From: Candidatus Bathyarchaeota archaeon
Lineage (GTDB): Archaea > Thermoproteota > Bathyarchaeia > Bathyarchaeales > Bathycorpusculaceae
Length of the DNA: 64,000 nt
Reading direction: 5' to 3'
Assembly: GCA_963806535.1 (NCBI GenBank)
Contig: CAWDYC010000007.1
Location: 64,001 to 128,000, forward strand
Below the pieces are notes generated by a model, which had not been told where the DNA came from, did not search any database, and saw only the letters and a list, made by a program, of their open reading frames with translations. Both the position numbers and the translations under genes were made by a program. Shown piece after piece: positions 59,827 to 64,000 of this stretch. Each line of letters starts with the position of its first letter. The first letter of the stretch is position 1.

Positions 59827-62143
59827 TCCCCAAAGGTGCCAAGTTAACCCAAGTTATTGCAAATTCGGCTCTGAAACAATCCTGAAGCTTCTGGATGTAT
59901 TTGAAAATCAGATATACGGTGTTATAGAAAACAAGGATTCTGAATGTGTCCACAAGACACGTGTCGCCTCTCGCAGAGTTAGAGCTGCATTACCAGTTTT
60001 CAGATTCTGTTTTCCTAGAAAAGACTACAAAAAATGGAAAAGTGAAATAAAAAACATTACTCGCCTGTTAGCTGACTCAAGAGATCTTGATGTACAAATT
60101 GCGTTCGTGCAACAATACATCGAAAAAATAGGTTCTTTAATTGAGAAAGCAAGCCTCGACATATTACTTCAGAATCACAAAAACCGGAGAAACAATATTC
60201 AACCAAAACTTGTTTATGGAATAAGGAAATTGAAAGAATCGTACACTTTGGAAGAAATTAAAATGCTTTGCCATCAATCTATTTCTATAAGATCGATGGC
60301 AACTTTTGACAAGACAATAATTTTGGAAAAAGCACGATGGAACATAGCATGTGGATTACGGAATTTTCTGGACATGGAAGAATATGTGAATAAAGAAAAC
60401 GAGAAGCAAAAACATCATGAAATGAGAATATATGCAAAAAAACTCCGCTATACAATGGAAATCTTTGCGCCAATGTACAAAAACGCACTCACAAATGAAA
60501 TCGACACTATAAAAAAGTTTCAAGATACCTTGGGGGAAATGCATGATTGCGATGTCTGGATAGACTACATACCAAAATTTATTGAGGAAGCCAAAACTAA
60601 TCCTACAATAATAAACGCTGGAACCATCGCAGACTTAGAACAGGCTTTATCAAACTTTATAATTTTAATAAAAGACGAAAGGAAAAAACATTACACTCAG
60701 TTTGTACATCTTTGGGAAGAAAATCAAAAAGAGAACTTTTTCCCCCAATTAATTGCAGCAACAAACACAGAATTAATTCAAGCTGAGGAGAAAACCATGA
60801 AAATTATAACTAATTCTAATGCTAAAATTGCGGTTTTATCCGATATCCACGCTAACATTAATGCTTTAGAAAGAGTAGTTCGCGATGCCGAAGAACACGG
60901 CGCAAGTCTATTAGTAAATGCTGGAGACTCAATCGGTTTTGGGCCTTGCCCGAATGAAGTTGTCAAATTGCTATGTGAAAAAAATGTTTTGAGCATTTTG
61001 GGAAATTACGATGTCGAGGTTATTGAGGGCAAGATCAAAGATAAGGGCCAAAAAAACCTTGCATTTCAATTTGCTAAAAAAGAGCTATCAAAATCATGCA
61101 AAAATTATCTTAACTCTTTTCCTAGGGAACGACGCATGGAAGTTGCAGGCAAAAAACTGCTAATAACTCATGGAAGTCCCGAATCTATAGAAGAGCACAT
61201 TTACTGTAATACTCCAGTTGAAAGGCTAAAAGCTATAGCAGAAACTGCGAAAGCAGACGTAATTATTTTGGGCCATACTCATGAGCAATTCTGGAGGCAA
61301 GTAAACGGAGTCTCGTTTGTTAACCCCGGAAGCGTAGGAAGACCTGGAGATGGAAACCCTCAGGCTGCTTACGCAATATTAAGCTTCGATCCCTTCAAAG
61401 TTGACTTAATTCGGATAGACTATGATGTGACAGCTGCCGCAGATGCTCTTAGAAAAAAAGAGTTACCTCAAAGCTTCGCCCAGATGCTACTCCAGGGTGT
61501 GACCCTAGATATAGTAAACAAAGAAGACGAAAAGAAAAAAGAAGCATTAATCCAAAATTACAAGGAAACGGTTAATAGTTGTCGGGATTTCGCACTCAAA
61601 TATTGGAAAGACGCAGAGCATAGCTCACAGGTTACTCAACTGTCTTTACGCTTCTTTGATTGCTTAGCTATCTTACACAAGTTGGGTAATCGTGAGAGGT
61701 GTTGGCTTGAATGCGCTTCAATCCTTCACGATATCGGCTTGTCCAAAGGCAGGGGAGGACACAATAAAGAAACTGCCAAGCTAATCCTTAACGATACACA
61801 ATTACCATTTAGTTCACAAGAAAGACAAATTGTGGCAAGCATCGCTCGGTACCACCGGAAAGGATTGCCTAAACGAAATCATTACAACCTTGCCGGTTTG
61901 GATCGGGTATCCATCAACCAAATAAAAGTTTTGGCAAGCTTCCTCCGCGTAGCAGATGGTTTAGATTACACACATCAATCAATTGTAAAAAGATTAAACA
62001 TCAAAGAGGACACAGATTGCGTTATTGCCGAATACGAATCAGGGAATAAATCAATATTAGAAGAGCAGGCTTTTAATAAGAAAAAGGATTTGTTTGAAAA
62101 GGTCTTCGCAAGAACGTTGGTGCTCCTATGGAAACAACCATAA
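59810..62143 (+). CDS. CHAD + metallophosphoesterase + HD (Ppx C-terminal-like) fusion protein
   Basis: VHKTRVASRR, RDLDV, HEMRIYAKKLRY, LGEMHD; SDIHAN, GNYD, HGSP, GHTH, NPGSVG; LHDIG, ARYHRK, LRVADGLD. Confidence 0.88.
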   Translation: MNVPINPQRCQVNPSYCKFGSETILKLLDVFENQIYGVIENKDSECVHKTRVASRRVRAALPVFRFCFPRKDYKKWKSEIKNITRLLADSRDLDVQIAFVQQYIEKIGSLIEKASLDILLQNHKNRRNNIQPKLVYGIRKLKESYTLEEIKMLCHQSISIRSMATFDKTIILEKARWNIACGLRNFLDMEEYVNKENEKQKHHEMRIYAKKLRYTMEIFAPMYKNALTNEIDTIKKFQDTLGEMHDCDVWIDYIPKFIEEAKTNPTIINAGTIADLEQALSNFIILIKDERKKHYTQFVHLWEENQKENFFPQLIAATNTELIQAEEKTMKIITNSNAKIAVLSDIHANINALERVVRDAEEHGASLLVNAGDSIGFGPCPNEVVKLLCEKNVLSILGNYDVEVIEGKIKDKGQKNLAFQFAKKELSKSCKNYLNSFPRERRMEVAGKKLLITHGSPESIEEHIYCNTPVERLKAIAETAKADVIILGHTHEQFWRQVNGVSFVNPGSVGRPGDGNPQAAYAILSFDPFKVDLIRIDYDVTAAADALRKKELPQSFAQMLLQGVTLDIVNKEDEKKKEALIQNYKETVNSCRDFALKYWKDAEHSSQVTQLSLRFFDCLAILHKLGNRERCWLECASILHDIGLSKGRGGHNKETAKLILNDTQLPFSSQERQIVASIARYHRKGLPKRNHYNLAGLDRVSINQIKVLASFLRVADGLDYTHQSIVKRLNIKEDTDCVIAEYESGNKSILEEQAFNKKKDLFEKVFARTLVLLWKQP

Positions 62144-63714
62144 TAAAAAACAATTATCGCATGGTAGGTTTTGTAGACATCGGTACGAACGCAATACGTC
62201 TATTAGTTGTTAGAATGAACCCTAACTTCTCTTATACAATCGTCAGTCAGGAAAAAGAAGTAATTAGACTCGGCGAACAAGAATTTAAAGACCATATTCT
62301 TAAACCAGATGCAATGGAACGTGCTATCTTCGTATGCGGAAAATTCCTTGAACTTGCTAAAACATATGGAGCGACAGAGATAATTGCCGTTGGAACTTCA
62401 GCTATTCGAGAGGCAAGAAACCAAACTGAATTCCTCCAAAAACTGTACAGCGAAACAGGACTCAAAGTTAATGTGATTAGTGGAGAAGAAGAAGCAAGAC
62501 TAATCTGCTTAGGTGTTTCGAGCGGGATAGATATCGGTGAAGAAAAAGTTGTTTTTGTGGATTTAGGTGGCGGTAGTACTGAAATATGCATCGGCAACCA
62601 GTTTGATTGTTTTTACGTGGCCAGCCTCAAGTTAGGAGCAATCAGGCTTACAGCACAATTTATTGGTGAAGGTTGGACTCGACCAATAGACTTCAACATT
62701 TACTTGCAGATTAAGAAGTATGCAGCCAGCAAAATGAGAGCAGCAAAAGGGAAAGTCCAAGAGCATGGTGTTAGACTAGCCTGGGGATCTTCAGGCACAG
62801 TCATAAACTTGGCAGAAATTGCAAACAAATTATTCAAGAAGAATGGAAATGGAAACGGCGGCCTCACACTTTCAAGAAAAAATCTAAAAAAATTGGCGCC
62901 TATTCTTTGCTCATTGTCGCTCGAAGAAAGAAAAAAATTGCCTGCTATAAACCCTGATCGCGCAGACATTTTAATCGCTGGATCGGCCATATTGGACGCA
63001 CTTATGGAGGAGTTAGGCATCGAAGAAATCAAAATTAGCCATAGAGAACTGCGAGATGGACTTCTTGTTGACTATCTTTCAAATTTTGAAGGTTTTCGAG
63101 AACTTCAAAAGACTCCAATGAGAAATAGGAGTGTTTTACATTTAGGCAGATCATGCAACTTTGACGAGAAACATTCAGAAGCTGTAGCCTCATTGGCGCT
63201 CCAACTTTTTGATAGCGCAAAACAAATTGGTCTTCACAATTTAGGTATTAACGAAAGAGAACTCTTGAAATATTCCTCAACATTACATGACGTCGGGGAT
63301 TTTCTTTCTTTTAACAATCATCATCTCCATTCGCACTACATCATCTGCAATGCTGAACTTCTTGGTTTTGATCCACATGAAATTCAAATAATGGCAAACA
63401 TTGCTCGTTTTCATAGGAAGAAATTACCTTCAAAAAAAGCCCTGAAGGCGTCAGGAATGGAGGAAAAAATCAAGGAGTGCGTTGCCATTCTTTCAACATT
63501 CTTAAGATTTGCAGAAAAACTTGACCGAAGCCACAGCGGACTGGTAAAAAAGGTTGAGTTTATCAGAGAGAGCAAAGACCGGATTTTGCTTGAATTCTAT
63601 TCAGACTCAGATTGCAGTTTCGAGGAATGGAGTGTTATCCAAAATAAGCAGGCATTCTACGAAGCTTTCGGCAAGCAACTAGACGTGCACTGTGAAGTTA
63701 CACCCAGCTCATAA
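62128..63714 (+). CDS. ppx: Exopolyphosphatase Ppx/GppA family with HD domain
   Basis: DIGTNAIRL, TSAIREARN, ISGEEEARL, DLGGGSTE, RADIL, LRDG, LHDVG. Confidence 0.93.
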   Translation: METTIIKNNYRMVGFVDIGTNAIRLLVVRMNPNFSYTIVSQEKEVIRLGEQEFKDHILKPDAMERAIFVCGKFLELAKTYGATEIIAVGTSAIREARNQTEFLQKLYSETGLKVNVISGEEEARLICLGVSSGIDIGEEKVVFVDLGGGSTEICIGNQFDCFYVASLKLGAIRLTAQFIGEGWTRPIDFNIYLQIKKYAASKMRAAKGKVQEHGVRLAWGSSGTVINLAEIANKLFKKNGNGNGGLTLSRKNLKKLAPILCSLSLEERKKLPAINPDRADILIAGSAILDALMEELGIEEIKISHRELRDGLLVDYLSNFEGFRELQKTPMRNRSVLHLGRSCNFDEKHSEAVASLALQLFDSAKQIGLHNLGINERELLKYSSTLHDVGDFLSFNNHHLHSHYIICNAELLGFDPHEIQIMANIARFHRKKLPSKKALKASGMEEKIKECVAILSTFLRFAEKLDRSHSGLVKKVEFIRESKDRILLEFYSDSDCSFEEWSVIQNKQAFYEAFGKQLDVHCEVTPSS

Positions 63715-63719
63715 TGCAT

Positions 63720-64000
63720 TTATTCTTTTTCCAGCTCCGCCTTTGCTTTCTCCAAACTGTCACATTGCTCTTTGCTTAAAACAGGATATTTTAGATTAAG
63801 TTTGTCTATTTGTGACACAATTATTTCAGAGATCAGTGAATGAGAAACCCATTTTTTGTCAGCAGGAATAATATACCATGGTGCCCATTCGGTAGTTGTA
63901 TTATTTAGCACATCTTCATACGCTTGCATATAGTCATCCCATTTTGACCGTTCAGAGAGATCAGTAAGCGAAAATTTCCATTCTTTATCAGGAGTTTCTA
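63720..64000 (-). CDS. ppk2: Polyphosphate kinase 2 family protein, C-terminal part (truncated by window edge)
   Basis: WKFSLTDLSERSKWDDYMQAYEDVL..T....APWYIIPADKKW. Confidence 0.9.
   Translation of the reverse strand, partial: ETPDKEWKFSLTDLSERSKWDDYMQAYEDVLNNTTTEWAPWYIIPADKKWVSHSLISEIIVSQIDKLNLKYPVLSKEQCDSLEKAKAELEKE

Overview
Archaeal genomic window (AT-rich; mtrH, FrhB domain, AbrB-PhoU regulator, GPN-loop GTPase, T-tract terminators). Bathyarchaeia is my best guess for the lineage, inferred from gene style only. The left third (1-24 kb) is cofactor and methyl-transfer metabolism: two radical SAM enzymes, an RnfD-2x[4Fe-4S]-FrhB fusion, a corrinoid protein plus MtrH, cbiZ, a nitrilase, an AsnB-like protein, htpX, cinA-like, bacterial-type metK and ridA. 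The rest (24-64 kb) is a phosphate island (pstB, phoU, pstS, pstC, pstA, CYTH, ppk1, CHAD fusion, ppx, ppk2). It is interleaved with six dockerin-bearing and six cohesin-like secreted proteins, and PstS itself carries a C-terminal dockerin. This suggests a cellulosome-like surface scaffold for phosphate capture, which is the main candidate novel system. Non-coding signals include two paralogous hairpin units with matching promoters (27.0-27.5 kb, candidate sRNAs) and a two-copy element with phased 10-bp A-tract arrays (15.0 and 21.9 kb). Four single-base frameshifts may be sequencing errors. All domain calls are by-eye motif recognition, not database searches.
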